A stretch of DNA of 64,000 nucleotides. Origin: Neodothiora populina. Its lineage: Eukaryota. The stretch is from contig NW_027191415.1 of NCBI RefSeq assembly GCF_041146345.1, forward strand, positions 310,001 through 374,000. Direction: 5' to 3'. The notes below the pieces were generated by a model that was not told the DNA's origin, did not search any database, and worked only from the letters and a program-made list of their open reading frames with translations. This document shows, piece after piece, positions 1-12,826 of this stretch; the first letter of the stretch is position 1, and the number at the start of each line of letters is the position of its first letter. The position numbers and the translations under genes are program-made.

Positions 1-679
1 GAATTGGTGTGAAAAGTGAAGGGTTGGGCAAAGGTAGTGTTTTCACTTTCTATGTCCAGTCTTCACGCTCCGAAGCTCTATCCCAGAAAGTGAGTGTAGA
101 AGCAGCCGTGGCATTGGAATCTGTGCAGAATGGTCGGCGGGAGAATAAAATCGATCAGGTGATCACGAAGACAAAGCGGACAAATCACGACATGACAAGT
201 GTCAGCAGTCTTCACGTCTTAGGTATGTCGTGCAGCTGCTATATGTGAATATCCTCCGATCGCCCGCTAACGGACTTATAGTTGTCGAAGATAATGCGAT
301 CAACCAGAAAGTCATGGCTCAGCAATTACGTCGAGCAGGATGCACTGTACATGTCGCAAATCATGGTCTGGAAGCATTGGATCTGATCGCGACAACAAAC
401 CTCCAAGGCGGGAGTACGCCACTGTCTATCGTTCTAATGGACGTGGAAATGCCAGTAATGAACGGTATTGACTGTACGAAACATATTCGTCAGCTACAAA
501 AGGATCACTTCATCAAACGCAGTGTGCCCATCATCGCGGTCACGGCGAATGCTCGAAATCAGCAGATCGCCAGTGCGTTGGGTGCTGGAGTAGACGAGGT
601 TGTCACCAAGCCCTTTCGCATTCCGGAATTACTACCGAGGATGGAAGCGCTCGTTGCAAAGCTCGCTAGCGCAGATTGA
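1..679 (+). CDS. 3' end of hybrid histidine kinase (HATPase_c tail + receiver domain), partial
   Basis: IGVKSEGLGKGSVFTFY (HATPase G2-box-like). Intron 223-281 (GTATGT...GCTAAC...TAG) joins HVL to VVEDN. Receiver motifs VEDN, LMDVEMP, TAN, TKPF. Confidence 0.9.
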
Positions 680-1415
680 CCAGGGCTCGACAATATACTT
701 GTACAAGTACTATAACATCATGAAGATCAGCAGCCGAAAGATCTGAGACAGATTATCGTGGTTCATCTATCTCTATAGGTGCCTCGAAAGCAAATTGGTA
801 CATCGCGATATACAAGAGACCGCTACAATAAGTCATGATTGGCCATCGAGATGTTTGTATGTCAGCCTCATAACATGACAAGAAGCTTGGTCGTAGACGA
901 CTCTGGGCCGCAGACTCAGGAAGGCTGACAGGAAAAAGACCTAAGATCGTCGTCCAAAAGACGCAAAGTGCGAGCGCCTGCGCCTCAACATTTGTGCTGT
1001 TATGCTCCTGAGAGCAAAACGTGTGGGATGGATGGCCAGTTTTGGCATCGACTGCGTGTCTGGTATCAATATATGGCAATGCCATCTTGATAGACTGTGA
1101 CTCGACATGCAATTAGCATCGAATTTTGGGAGAAGGGAAAGAGCTGACAAGTTCGGCTCCGTCGTCGCCCACCTCAGTCACCCAAATGGAGGAAGAACTG
1201 TGCACACCAAGAAGCCTTCGCTCCACGAGAACGTTGACACGGTCCGCGAGGTATCTCACATCTGTCGTTCATCATCTCTTCACAACAATCTGTGCCAATA
1301 TACGATTAATATCTCAATCAAGTCAGGGTTGAGTGATTAACAAAATGCATTTCTGATGCATCTGCACCATTTGTCTCCTAGTGTCTGCCATATCACGTGA
1401 ATGCTCGACTTGCGT

Positions 1416-2240
1416 CTACTCCATCGCACCACATAGAACACAATCATCCCCTAGTTGCTGCCAGACGGTCTGTTTCAGCCTTGCAACAGGTAGCTTGCTT
1501 CGAGTCTCTGGACGGGCAGGAGAAACGACCACGCCGCCTTGTCCTAGCCATGTCGGCGCTATGGTGACAATAACAGAACTGACAAGTGCAGCATTATTTG
1601 GTGAAAGAAGAGCGTTAATGACGCCGCCACCACCTTCAATCATGATGCTTTCGACACCCATACTCCTAATGTGTTGGAGTATATCTTGCCAGCCTAGATC
1701 GGCCGTTGGCTCACCTCGCTGGTTCGAATCAATGACAACAAATTGACCGCCGACTTGCTGTAATAGGTTCACTGCGTCTGTTCTGGGTGCTCTCGTCGTG
1801 ATGACCCACGGGGCTTTACCACGTCCCTGTCGTGCAAGGTTCAAGATCTTGGTATTTTCATTTAATTGCCACCGTCCTTGTGGATCAATGACAATTGGTC
1901 TTGGTTGACCGACGAGATCCTCACCCCCGTACCCGCCAACACCAGTCAGTCTGCAATTGAGGCTTGGATTATCAGCGATTGCAGTGCCAACTCCAACAAG
2001 TATCGCATCATGTCTCGAGCGAAGGTAGTGTGTCATGGCTTTTGACCGAGGGCCCGACAGAGCAGTCTGTACACCGGGAGCAATTGACAACGCAGAGTCT
2101 AGTGAGGTTGCAAATGTCAAGGTCACCCATGGCAAGCTAGCGTCCACGCGCGAACCACGTGGCACTCTCTGACTAGGCAGGAAGGACTCCAGGAACCCAC
2201 GATCCTGTTCAGGGTAGTCTAGCTCATCTCTCGTTGTCAT
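1416..2240 (-). CDS. RIB7: 2,5-diamino-6-ribosylamino-4(3H)-pyrimidinone 5'-phosphate reductase (riboflavin biosynthesis, RibD_C family)
   Basis: Intronless 274-aa ORF with VTLTFATSLD, MTHYLRSRHDAILVGVGT and MIEGGG motifs. Confidence 0.92.
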   Translation of the reverse strand: MTTRDELDYPEQDRGFLESFLPSQRVPRGSRVDASLPWVTLTFATSLDSALSIAPGVQTALSGPRSKAMTHYLRSRHDAILVGVGTAIADNPSLNCRLTGVGGYGGEDLVGQPRPIVIDPQGRWQLNENTKILNLARQGRGKAPWVITTRAPRTDAVNLLQQVGGQFVVIDSNQRGEPTADLGWQDILQHIRSMGVESIMIEGGGGVINALLSPNNAALVSSVIVTIAPTWLGQGGVVVSPARPETRSKLPVARLKQTVWQQLGDDCVLCGAME

Positions 2241-3328
2241 TTGCGCGAGTGCAGAAGACCTGGAAGGACGCTCGTATGTCTAGTGATACCTGATCCGATG
2301 CCAAATTGGAGCAAGTTACAGTAATATAATAAGGTGCTCGACATATTGCAGGTTTCCAAAACGCCCCGACGCTGCCAAGACGCTGGGCCAGGGTATATTG
2401 CCCGTTTCGGTCTTGCGGGACCACGTCTCTTGACGTCCGTTGATTCTCGTTACTCGTGAATATTCGATCGAATGCAGCAGCGTATAATATAACGTAAAGG
2501 ATGGGCATATTGGCATGTCGGCCATCTCACAGGTCAATGTCGCACCACATGATTTATATCTGTACCGCATCTGCTGTCGATCCCTCGAACGCAGGAACTC
2601 TTGCGCAAAGTAGTATTCTTGTTGCCTTTCGGTCATGCGCCCTGCACTAGTATGGGAAGGGCTCTTCTCTATCCTACAGACCTCTTACTCTTGATGTCGC
2701 AGTCTCTCAACGCCACACAATTCCGCCTGCGCGGTCTGCTGCGGGGTCGAGCTTGGTATCCACTGGATCTATCTAAGCAGACTCCTGATCTGGTCATCTG
2801 TAATGCTTAATATCCGGACCTGCAGTAGTCTATTCGTCCACGGGCAAATTGCTATCAGGTGTACCTGGCCATTCATGCTAGTCATGCTAGTCTTCTCACA
2901 CAAACTAGAAGTTACTCATTGACTTGGCAGTGGATCCAAGGATGTCTTGCAGTCTCCATCAACAATGTCACATACCCCACTGTCCTTGCTTCAGTGGGTC
3001 GTATTGGCTCGGAGGTAGTCTGCTGGTCACTTTCATAGGACAACACCTAATTCCCAGCAAATATAGGTGAGATGCAGGGGATGGGCGAGTCAGTACACAA
3101 GTGATCCTATCTTACTGCAGGTAATGTAGCAAGATGATCATCGACAACATTAGGCTGACCTGTGTACACCTCCATTGGCCCCTCTGGAATGCCGTACTTG
3201 CCTTTCGTAGAGCATATATCATACTGTGCCGTTGGAGGCTTGAATTGAAAAGTGCCTTTAGTTGTTCAATTTTTGTGTTTCTTCTTTCAAGCGTCCTTCA
3301 TTCGCCCATTGATAAGACTCGATTGAGC

Positions 3329-5640
3329 ATGTCTTTGACAACTTTGCTTCCTATCGTGATCGCTGGATTTGCAGTCCCTGCAGTGACGGCCCAGTCGTCC
3401 TTTTCACCTGCTCGTAGGCTGCCATCGCACCTTCTTGCTCAACTGATGCTAATCTATGGGCAGGACCGCCAGCCATTCCCATTGCGGTGTCAAGTCCTTA
3501 TCTGAACAGGTAGAACAGATTTGTCTCTAGTCTACGAAAAAGTACTAATCAGTCTGATAGTTGGCTGAATGTTGGCTCAGATGGCGGTAATGGCGGTTAT
3601 CTAGCTGGCGAGTGGATCAGATTCTGGACCGATCAAGTGACGGCTTGGACGGTAAGTAGATCTTGCTACTGTCGGCGTCGATCAGATTCCTAATTCATAT
3701 AGGGTATCATCAGAGTGGACGGTGAGAGCTACACCTGGCTAGGCGCACCGAGTGAGCCCTTGAACACTGTGAATCAAAACTCGTTCGAGTACACTTCGAC
3801 GAAATCGATCTTTGGTTTGTCTGTCAACGGCACGGTCGGGCTCAATGTCACCTTCCTGACCCCAGTTACCCCGACGGATCTTCTGAGACAATCGATTGCT
3901 GCTACCTACATGGATCTTGAGGTGTTTTCCATAGATGGTGGCGAACATGAGGTACAGTTGTATACCGATATATCAGCTGGTATTGTTGTGCCTTATCTAC
4001 ATATGACGAGCATACGCTGATATATAACAGAATGGGCCTCAGGCGATCGTAGTAATGCTGTCACATGGGATTATGGACTCACAGGGGATGTTGCATACCA
4101 CCGCTTTCAGCGCCAGGTCCAGCAGGTCTTCACGCAGAACAACGACCAAGCTGAGTGGGGATCTTGGCTTTATGCTACCGAGGAGATAGACGGTATGACT
4201 TACTCGAGTGGTGCTCCCGATACAGTGGCCCGAGAAGCTTTCGTTGCCAATGGAACCCTTGATGATACGGAAGACACCAACTATCGAGCTATCAGCGACG
4301 ATTACCCAGTCTTTGCTTTCAGCATTGACTATGGCAGTGTTGACTCGGCCGGGCAAAGCACGCTCTTTACCATTGCCTTGGCACAAGAAGAAGCGATTCA
4401 GTTCAAGTCAAGCGACGATCCTCCTGAGGTTCTATCGCCACTATGGACTGATACTTTCTCCGATGAGCTTGCTATGCTGTCCTTCTTCTATGGAGACTTC
4501 AGTGACGCCCAAGACGTAGCATCTACTCTGGACGACAAGATCACATCAGACTCTATTGCAGCCGGAGGTGATGATTACAACGTGATCACATCCCTTTCTG
4601 TACGACAAGCCTTCGCGGCAACACAGCTCGCTGGGACGAACGACTCGTACTACCTTTTCTTGAAGGAGATATCCAGCGATGGTGATATTCAGACTGTGGA
4701 CGTTATCTTTCCCAGCATGCCCATCTTTCTATACCTCAATCCGGATCTATTGAGGAACCTGCTGGATCCAATCTTCATCTATACCGAAGCAGGGTCATTC
4801 GGCGAAGACTACGCTCTGCACGATCTCGGATTCTATCCCAATGCTACACAAGCCGGTACGGAGATGCAACAGCTCGAAGAAAGCGGCAATATGGTCATTA
4901 TGACTCTCGCCTACGCCCAGAGAACAGGAGACACTGCATATCTGACACAACACTACGACACACTCGCCGACTGGACGACGTTCCTCGTCAACGACTCACT
5001 AATCCCCTCGAACCAAATCTCGACCGACGACTTCGCTGGCTCTCTAGCCAACCAGACAGACCTAGCCATCAAAGGCATAATCGGCATCCAAGCAATGGCG
5101 ACCATAGCCAACATGACGAGCCACGACTCAGACGGAGCAAACTACAGCAGCATTGCCTTAGACTACATCACGCAATGGCAAATCCTAGCGATATCGACCT
5201 CATCATCAAACTTTTCTTCCGCACCGCACACGACCCTCAACTACGGCGCAAACGAAACCTACGGCCTGCTGTACAACCTGTACGCCGACGCCCTCCTGCA
5301 AACCAACATCGTGCCGACAGAAATCTACCAAATGCAATCAGACTTCTACCCGCTCGTGAATCTAGCCTACGGCGTCCCTCTGGACACTCGACACACATAC
5401 ACCAAGAGCGACTGGGAGATGTTCTGCGCGGCAGTGGCAGGTCCAGAGACAAAGGAGATGCTCATCGGGGACGTGGCGAGGTTCATAAACGAGACGCCGA
5501 GCAATAGGGCGTTGACGGATCTGTATGATGTGCGCACGGCGGATTTCGGCGTCGGTCCCTTTGTCGCGAGACCTGTTGTTGGTGGGCATTTTGCGCTATT
5601 GGCACTTGATGGGCCGTCGCCTTTGGAGGAGAGGAAGTGA
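3329..5640 (+). CDS. gtaA: Secreted glutaminase A (GtaA family)
   Basis: Signal peptide, then SFSPARPPAIPIAVSSPYLNSW rebuilt across introns (4 introns in 3414-4030). FLKEISSDGDIQTVDVIFP, EESGNM, QISTDDFAGSLANQT, GVPLDTRHTYTKSDW and ARPVVGGHF motifs. Confidence 0.9.
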
Positions 5641-6375
5641 GTTGTGAAAGGGGGAAAGGAGGCAGCGGTGGTGAATGGATGGATGGATGTCAAGCCTGCC
5701 TTTTCTCCCCTGTCTTTTTTCATTGCATCTCTGCATATGATCTTGAAACACTCGGTAATTTCTTTTCCATCTCTTTTATCTTCTTTTTGGTATAATTTTG
5801 AGACTCTTGCATCATCCGACATATAATAGTGTCCTGAATTCTCTGTGCTATTTCTTCCCACCTTCCTGTCTTCTGCAGGTGGCGGAACGATCGCTTGAAT
5901 TGACATACAACATAACATGAATGCACGACACCCCAAAGATATATCGGCATGTCGATCACCGAGCAGGCAGGCGATGAAATCGAGACCATCTTGCTTCCTC
6001 CCTACTTACAGCTCCGTGGACACATGGCTTCAATAATCTCCAGCGAGTGACCACGCGACGACGCATGACCTTAATCGTCCACGTCACGTTGATGACATCA
6101 AGTACGGTATGTGAAAGCTCTGTGTCCGCTGATGGATAGAGACGGGCTGCATGAGATTAATACTGTGAGATGACTGATATATACAGAAAAGCTCTCTATG
6201 CGGTCAATGCTAATGCTAGGGTGATATGAAGAAAAGAACTCCCGAGATACCTGATTTGTAGGGAAAGATTAACAGTATGATATTTTGTTGCGTAGGTTCG
6301 AGTAAGGCATTTTCCGGTATAGCTTCGCGTCAATTGGTAAGTAGTTGAAGACTAGAAGAAGTAGGATGAGCTAGA

Positions 6376-8958
6376 TCAGGCTCGCTCCGAGATTTCGTCG
6401 ATCAGTTCCCAGTCCTCGTCGCTTTTCTCGTCGTCGGTGTCATCGGTCTTGTCATCACTCATGTTCTGAGCTGGGCCTTGAGCTGCTATGCGGTCGCTCT
6501 CGTCGCCAGCTTCATCGTTTCCCTCTTTCTCCATGTTCTCGTCCTCGTCCTCGTCTTCGCTTAGGTAGAGGCTCTCGTCATCACCGAGCTCAGAGATCAC
6601 GTCTTCCGCTTGCACAAGCGAAGCACTGCGCTCCTTTTTCTCTTCCCTCAGACATCGCTCGTAGTTCTCTTTGATTTGATCGACATTCATGCTTTGTATT
6701 CCCGCCTTCTCCCATTGTGTCAAGAATGCCGCAATCGCGTGTCTCTTAGTGGCGTCCTCTCCTCCCTCTTCGACCACCTCTTCTCCTCCATTATGAGGAT
6801 CATTGTGACCTTGTGATAGCCAGATTGCGTACTCGTGAACCGTTCCAGAAAAACCCACCTTGGTGCCAAGAAACCCAGTGGCGGTCGAGGTTAGGTCGGC
6901 GCCGGCCCAACATAGTTGTTTGACCGCCTTCAAGGACTTGGCCTGAACGGCAACGGATAAAGGCGTCTGACCGTCCTGGGCACGAGCGTTGACGTCCGCG
7001 CCCTGTTTGATGAGTTCTGTGATGAGGTCGGCATCTCCAATGTTATCGCTGTGGTTCTCTCCGTCGCCCAGATCTGCATAAGCGGCAGCCCGATGCAGTA
7101 TAGTTCTGCCTCCTACTTGCTCGCATTGATTAACATGTAGAGCAGCATCCTTCCGGTCCCAAAAGATCATTTCGCGGAGGATGCCGTTCTGCGCAGCCTT
7201 TTCCAAGACAGATGGGGCGCGATAAGGGTCAGCACCGTGACCACAGAGCAGTCTGATCAGAGGTATGTTCTTGAGATGTACAGCTGCAGAAAGAGGATTG
7301 TGCAGGAATGGCTCTTCTCCGAAGCTATATTTGAGTTCTTCGAAGTACGTCGGCAGTGGAGTTTTAGGGAGAAAAGTTGGCGTCCCTTCTCTAGGTTGGT
7401 AATCGCAATACGTGTTTACATCCACATTGAATGGATTAAGCAAGAGATTGGCAAGTTCCATGTTCTCTGCTAGTATTGCAGCCAGTAAAGGCGTAGGATG
7501 ATATCCAACACGGAAACCGTTCATATTGACGCCTCGTTTCGAGTAGATGGACTTAATACTGGCCACTTCGAGATTGTCATCTTCATACACGTCTGATAAA
7601 TCGATTAAGGGAAGACCAATAAGCAGAGATGTGGACTTATGCCTTCGATGAAAAATGGCCATTGCCAGTAGGCGTTCAGTCGGAATGCCTTTCATCATGG
7701 TATACTTGCCGTAGTCCATCAGTAGGGATTCGACGACTTCTTCGTCTCCGCATACAATGAAGAGCTCCAGAAGCTGAAGGTAAAGACTGCCTGGTAGATT
7801 GCCTCCCGCCTCCGAAAGTATTATCATGACTGGAGACACATGCATGTGATGATGCTTTTCGTTGACTGACTGACATTCCATTCTACGTGTAGCATCATTA
7901 TCCTGCTTTTGAAGTTGTGCCCAGACGATTGTTGCTGCAATGAGAGCATTTGAGACTTCTTCTTGATGGGGGCACGATCGTAGCAGAATTTTGACTATGT
8001 CGATATGGTTGTGTCTCGCCGCGAGCTCTAGGGCACCATTTGGGTGCGCACCGGAGTCCAAAAGCATCAGGAATATCTGGGAGTTGCCCTTCTCTGCAGC
8101 TTTACAGATCGCGTTGGACAATGAGACTTTGCGGTAATCGCCAACTTGTAGAAGTCTCTGAACTATAGCTGCTCTAGAGTTGTGAGCTGCAGCGATCAAG
8201 GCCCGACCGTTGTCGTCATTGGCACCTCGGCCAAGGAGAAATTGTAGGGTCCGCAAGGCTCCAGTCCGGGCGACAGTTGGCAATACATCTGTCAGAGCTC
8301 TTTTTCCGGTGTTGTATTTCCGTACATGTTCTTCAAGCAGGTCTAGCCTCCGATGAGTCGCAAAGATCTGCAACAAGTCTGGAAGTCCGAACGCTCCCCA
8401 TTCCAAGAAGGCAGCCATGGAGACCTGATCATCACGTTCCAACGCTGCGATAAAGCCTGGTCTGATTGTCTTTCCAAAATCATCATTCGGGCCTCCCTCC
8501 TTTGTCAGTCTCCATCTGAAGATCATCATTACTTCTGCAGTTTGCGCTCGACCCTCGAGTAGGGCGGCACGCAGAGCACCGGTGATGGCGGTACGCCACC
8601 TATAACCAGGCAGTTCTTGCCCGCCCTTGGCCATCTCAGCTTTGATCGGTTTTAGTAAGAGTTCCAGGATCGGCACATTTCCATTCTTCGCTGCGGCTTT
8701 TATCGCGCTACTTTGCGGAAGTGCTCCGTTGTCGAGCAGGTACTGGACAAAAGCTAATGATCCGGTATTTACAGCTGTTGTCAGGCAGTAGTTGAGCTCA
8801 TTCAGAGGTCCCACCATACGGTTGATGTCGGCTCCAGCATTGATGAGATGTGCCACACGCTCTGTATCTGCCACCTTGCATGCTTCATGGAGCTGGTCTC
8901 GTACTTTTTCCATACCCCCGTTCATGACACAGTCACTAGGTCGTGGAGTTACGTTCAT
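6376..8958 (-). CDS. Ankyrin-repeat protein with acidic C-terminal tail
   Basis: About 860-aa intronless ORF with many ankyrin-like units (GADIN, TPLLAAI, GADVNARAQDGQTPLSVAV). First in-frame ATG at 8958. Confidence 0.85.
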   Translation of the reverse strand: MNVTPRPSDCVMNGGMEKVRDQLHEACKVADTERVAHLINAGADINRMVGPLNELNYCLTTAVNTGSLAFVQYLLDNGALPQSSAIKAAAKNGNVPILELLLKPIKAEMAKGGQELPGYRWRTAITGALRAALLEGRAQTAEVMMIFRWRLTKEGGPNDDFGKTIRPGFIAALERDDQVSMAAFLEWGAFGLPDLLQIFATHRRLDLLEEHVRKYNTGKRALTDVLPTVARTGALRTLQFLLGRGANDDNGRALIAAAHNSRAAIVQRLLQVGDYRKVSLSNAICKAAEKGNSQIFLMLLDSGAHPNGALELAARHNHIDIVKILLRSCPHQEEVSNALIAATIVWAQLQKQDNDATRRMECQSVNEKHHHMHVSPVMIILSEAGGNLPGSLYLQLLELFIVCGDEEVVESLLMDYGKYTMMKGIPTERLLAMAIFHRRHKSTSLLIGLPLIDLSDVYEDDNLEVASIKSIYSKRGVNMNGFRVGYHPTPLLAAILAENMELANLLLNPFNVDVNTYCDYQPREGTPTFLPKTPLPTYFEELKYSFGEEPFLHNPLSAAVHLKNIPLIRLLCGHGADPYRAPSVLEKAAQNGILREMIFWDRKDAALHVNQCEQVGGRTILHRAAAYADLGDGENHSDNIGDADLITELIKQGADVNARAQDGQTPLSVAVQAKSLKAVKQLCWAGADLTSTATGFLGTKVGFSGTVHEYAIWLSQGHNDPHNGGEEVVEEGGEDATKRHAIAAFLTQWEKAGIQSMNVDQIKENYERCLREEKKERSASLVQAEDVISELGDDESLYLSEDEDEDENMEKEGNDEAGDESDRIAAQGPAQNMSDDKTDDTDDEKSDEDWELIDEISERA

Positions 8959-9937
8959 CGATTCGAGACGGAAGGAAGTGAAACAGTGTATATTAGAGCG
9001 ATGCAATGTGTTAAATCGGAACTAAAGTTCTATGAGTAGCAACCAGTACAATATCTGCTCTGAAAACTGATCGAGCTGTACACTAAAGTATGTAAGTGAA
9101 TTATGGGCCACCCACATAACCAGAGACAGATATAATGTAGCATGAGTGATGGAAAGTAGTTGCCTGCAACCACGTCTTGGCATCAGGGACGCCACACCGC
9201 ATGAAGGGCGGCTCGAGGGCGGGTATGCATTCTGAGCTAGCTTGATCCTTCTGACTCACATTTCATGCCACGGTAAACACCTACAAGTACAAAGGTCAGG
9301 ACAGTTGTGTACGGGGCCTAATTGTCGAGCAGCGAGCATCGGTCTTGTCTACAAAGGTAATGCGTTTGCCTAAAGCCGTCGAAGGCAGCGTGTCCCCCGA
9401 GATGAACACCGGTGAAGCAGGCAAACCTATGTATACATACGCGTTTAACATTCCACCTTGTAGACAAACAGCCAGTCCTGTGAGGACATAACCTCATACG
9501 AGAAGAGTGCATTGGTCTGTCAATGTAATTCGAAGACTCGGACAGACCGCTTTCCACTGTCGCACATGAAGATGGATTTGTCCGCACGGGGGTTTCTCTT
9601 CTGAACTGCGAAATAATGATTGAGATGATTATCGGCAAGCTCGGACCGGGATGATTTGCTACCGCGACAGAGGTCGGCGGCCTGCAGGCTCCGAGATGCA
9701 ATTAGAGTTTCGGTAACATCATCGTGCAGGTAAAATGGCTTGAGCAGGAAGATAGAGCAGGGATCTCCAAAGGTGCTTGATGTAGGCGGGTTATTTCTTG
9801 TAGGAACTTACTTCTCATGAACCAGAGTGTTTTGCTCTATATGTGTTTCTGAGATAACGACGAACATGAAGTCACGGTAGTACGCCTTTCTTTTTTCTCC
9901 CACTCTATCCGCATTAGGAAAGGAACATCGCGTCGCC

Positions 9938-12250
9938 ATGTACTTGCCTCACAACGCCGGCGTTGGCGGCTTGCGCGCCAACACTTTGAGTATGGCTATG
10001 GTCATGGGTAGAAATGTTGTTACGGAGGGCACGTCGGTTTATGTTAATGCAGACGGGGATGCATCTCCATCCGGCGGCTGGTCTTCTCTTATTGGCATCA
10101 TCACGGCCATTATTGGCAACGTCCTGATCTCTTTCGCGCTCAACACGCAACGATATGCGCATCTTCGACTAGCAAGAGAACGTGAACGGCAAGAGGATGA
10201 GGAAGATAAGAAGGATGCGGCAAACTACCTGTCTGATCAGAGCGAGATTGCCGAAGATAGAGCACACAAGAACCTGGACGTTCTCAATGGCGCAAATGAG
10301 GAAAGAGCAGGGAGAGAGGCTTCCGAAACGGATCCGCTGTTGCCATCCACGCATAGTCGGACTTCGTCCATGTCCCACGACTCGGAGTCCACCGTACGCC
10401 CGAGTAAGAAATCGCCTTCTGCGTCTTCTTCTTCGTCGTCTTCTGCGTCCACCAAATCGTATTTGCAGTCCCCAATATGGTGGTTGGGCATATCGCTCAT
10501 GACAGTCGGCGAAGCCGGCAACTTTCTTGCTTACGGGTTCGCTCCTGCCTCAATCGTCTCGCCGTTAGGTGTCGTTGCTCTTGTCGTCAACTGCTTGATT
10601 GCGCCATGGATGTTACACGAGAGATTCAGGATCAGGGATGGACTCGGAGTCATCATCGCGATTGGAGGCTGCGTCATTATCGTGTTCAGCGCCAGCGATA
10701 GCAATCCGAAACTCGCCCCTGACAAGATATGGGATCTGATCACAACTTGGGAGTTCGAGACGTACCTCGGCATTACTATTTTCCTCATCATCGTCTTGAT
10801 GGTCGGTAGCAATACTGAATTTGGTGAAAAGTCGATCCTTGTGGACTTGGGATTGGTAGGCCTCTTCGGCGGCTATACTGCTCTGTCGACAAAGGGCGTG
10901 GCGTCGTTGTTGTCGAATACGTTGTGGCGCGCCATCACGTTTCCCATCACTTACCTTTTGGTCGCCATTCTTGTTGGAACTGCGATCATGCAGATCAAGT
11001 ACATCAACCGAGCTTTGCAGAGGTTCGATTCCACCCAAGTCATTCCTACCCAATTCGTTCTCTTTACGATTTCCGTCATCCTCGGTAGTGCAGTGCTATA
11101 CCGGGACTTTGAGCGCCAGACTACTCAGGACGCAATAAAATTTGTTGCAGGCTGTGCACTCACGTTTTTTGGTGTATGGCTAATCACATCCGGGAGGAAG
11201 ACTGAGAAAGACGACGACGAAGGCGAGGAAGATTCGCAGAACGGAGACGCAATCAATCTTGTGGACGAAACGGGACAACAGTCGGACATACGAGCACGCG
11301 AAGACGGCAAGCCTCGAATGCAGGTAGTGAGATCAGACACTCCATCGGTGGTCATCACATCCAACGACGCCGAGTCTTACCACGGGAGCTTCGTTGGTCC
11401 TTCCTCGTTTGTGGACCCAGCCTTCGCCGGAGGAGTGCCGACAAACATATCTGCAATCCACATCAAGTCCGCAGAGCAACTTCCAGCATCATCAGGAGAG
11501 GACGGCAGACCACAGCAGCCACCGAGAATGCACGCCACGACTTCTGCTCCTGTTTTACCTACAGCCGCCACACTGTCCTCCAACACCATCGAAAGACCGT
11601 CAACTCCAGCACGCCAACGCACCAGTCCCGCCCCAGAGACGCCCGTCCGCGCTGCCGGGTCCTACGCTCCTCGCTCTCCATCACAGCGACCTCCTCAACA
11701 CCAAGACTCGAGCGAGGCGCAGCAACCGCACAACACGCCCGGCCGAAGGAGTATAGCAGACATCCTCCCGGGACCCCTAGTAGCACCGCTATCCTCCTCC
11801 CTTAGCGCAATCGTAGCCGACTCTCTGCGCCGCGGCGTCGATATCCACACGCGCCCACGCACAATGGAGCGCCGGCGGACGACGCGCCGCTCCGTGCGTC
11901 CCCAGCGCTCATTCGCAGCAGGGGACAATCTTGCTCTTCTCCATCCTGGCGCATACGGCGGTGGTCCTTCGGGCTCTTCTTCGTCCGGCGCCAGAAGGTA
12001 TGACGGCGGCGGCAGCGATGGCGCCAACGACGACGGATTCCTCCCGCTCAGAATGACGACGTCGGAAATACCCAGTGCGTCCTCTGCTGCGCATGATCGC
12101 CAAGCTGCAGCGAACGGCCAGGCGCAACATGCCCAGCCTACGCGGGAGAGTATGAGGGGTAGAGAGCGGAGCTTTTCGGATTACTTCAGGTATAGTGCCA
12201 GACGAAGGAGCAGAGCGGACACGCTGGAGAGCGAGAGGAGTGAGCATTGA
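9938..12250 (+). CDS. NIPA/DUF803-family Mg2+ transporter-like membrane protein
   Basis: YLQSPIWWLG, GEAGNFLAYGFAPASIVSPLG, GLFGGYTALSTKG and YINRALQRFDSTQVIP motifs. Several TM segments and a long disordered C-tail. Confidence 0.9.
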   Translation: MYLPHNAGVGGLRANTLSMAMVMGRNVVTEGTSVYVNADGDASPSGGWSSLIGIITAIIGNVLISFALNTQRYAHLRLARERERQEDEEDKKDAANYLSDQSEIAEDRAHKNLDVLNGANEERAGREASETDPLLPSTHSRTSSMSHDSESTVRPSKKSPSASSSSSSSASTKSYLQSPIWWLGISLMTVGEAGNFLAYGFAPASIVSPLGVVALVVNCLIAPWMLHERFRIRDGLGVIIAIGGCVIIVFSASDSNPKLAPDKIWDLITTWEFETYLGITIFLIIVLMVGSNTEFGEKSILVDLGLVGLFGGYTALSTKGVASLLSNTLWRAITFPITYLLVAILVGTAIMQIKYINRALQRFDSTQVIPTQFVLFTISVILGSAVLYRDFERQTTQDAIKFVAGCALTFFGVWLITSGRKTEKDDDEGEEDSQNGDAINLVDETGQQSDIRAREDGKPRMQVVRSDTPSVVITSNDAESYHGSFVGPSSFVDPAFAGGVPTNISAIHIKSAEQLPASSGEDGRPQQPPRMHATTSAPVLPTAATLSSNTIERPSTPARQRTSPAPETPVRAAGSYAPRSPSQRPPQHQDSSEAQQPHNTPGRRSIADILPGPLVAPLSSSLSAIVADSLRRGVDIHTRPRTMERRRTTRRSVRPQRSFAAGDNLALLHPGAYGGGPSGSSSSGARRYDGGGSDGANDDGFLPLRMTTSEIPSASSAAHDRQAAANGQAQHAQPTRESMRGRERSFSDYFRYSARRRSRADTLESERSEH

Positions 12251-12826
12251 GAATGGTAGGAGAGACAGATGGGCGAAAAGCGAAGAAGCGTGGGGGTTCG
12301 TTTCATTCGTGTCTACTAGCGATTGCTTTTGGTCTTGGCTTGCCGTGTACATGTTTGTGTGTTTTTCGTTTCACGTAAATATGAGAATTATGGGAGAAGA
12401 TATTTTATTTATACATATACAGTATGTAGGCACATTATTGTATAGGAACTGTACCAATTGCCTCGTCACCTTTTCCAATTCCCGTATGCTGTGGCTTGTG
12501 TCTACGGTTTAGCTGTTGGCTTTGTAGCCGGCAGGAAATCATGAAGTGGAGCAGAGCACGACGACCCAATTGTATACACACGACTATGAAGAGAGAATGA
12601 CTATCCAGACACAAGACTCTGTCAAACAACCGAGTCTCACTAAAAACAACAAGAATAAACTCCTCCCCCCCTTGGTTATCAATCCCCATTTCGAGATCAT
12701 AAAACGAATGTCCCAACCGCCATCCTCATGCCCTACAAATCTTCCCCGACCAACAAAACCAGGATCACCTGCGAACCCCCCCCCTTAATGCCCTCAAAGA
12801 GGACGTTTCAGCAATCAAGTTGCAGA

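Noticed and set aside
753..1340. Short overlapping ORFs between the kinase and RIB7
   Set aside because: They lie between convergent 3' ends with no motifs or consistent splice model.
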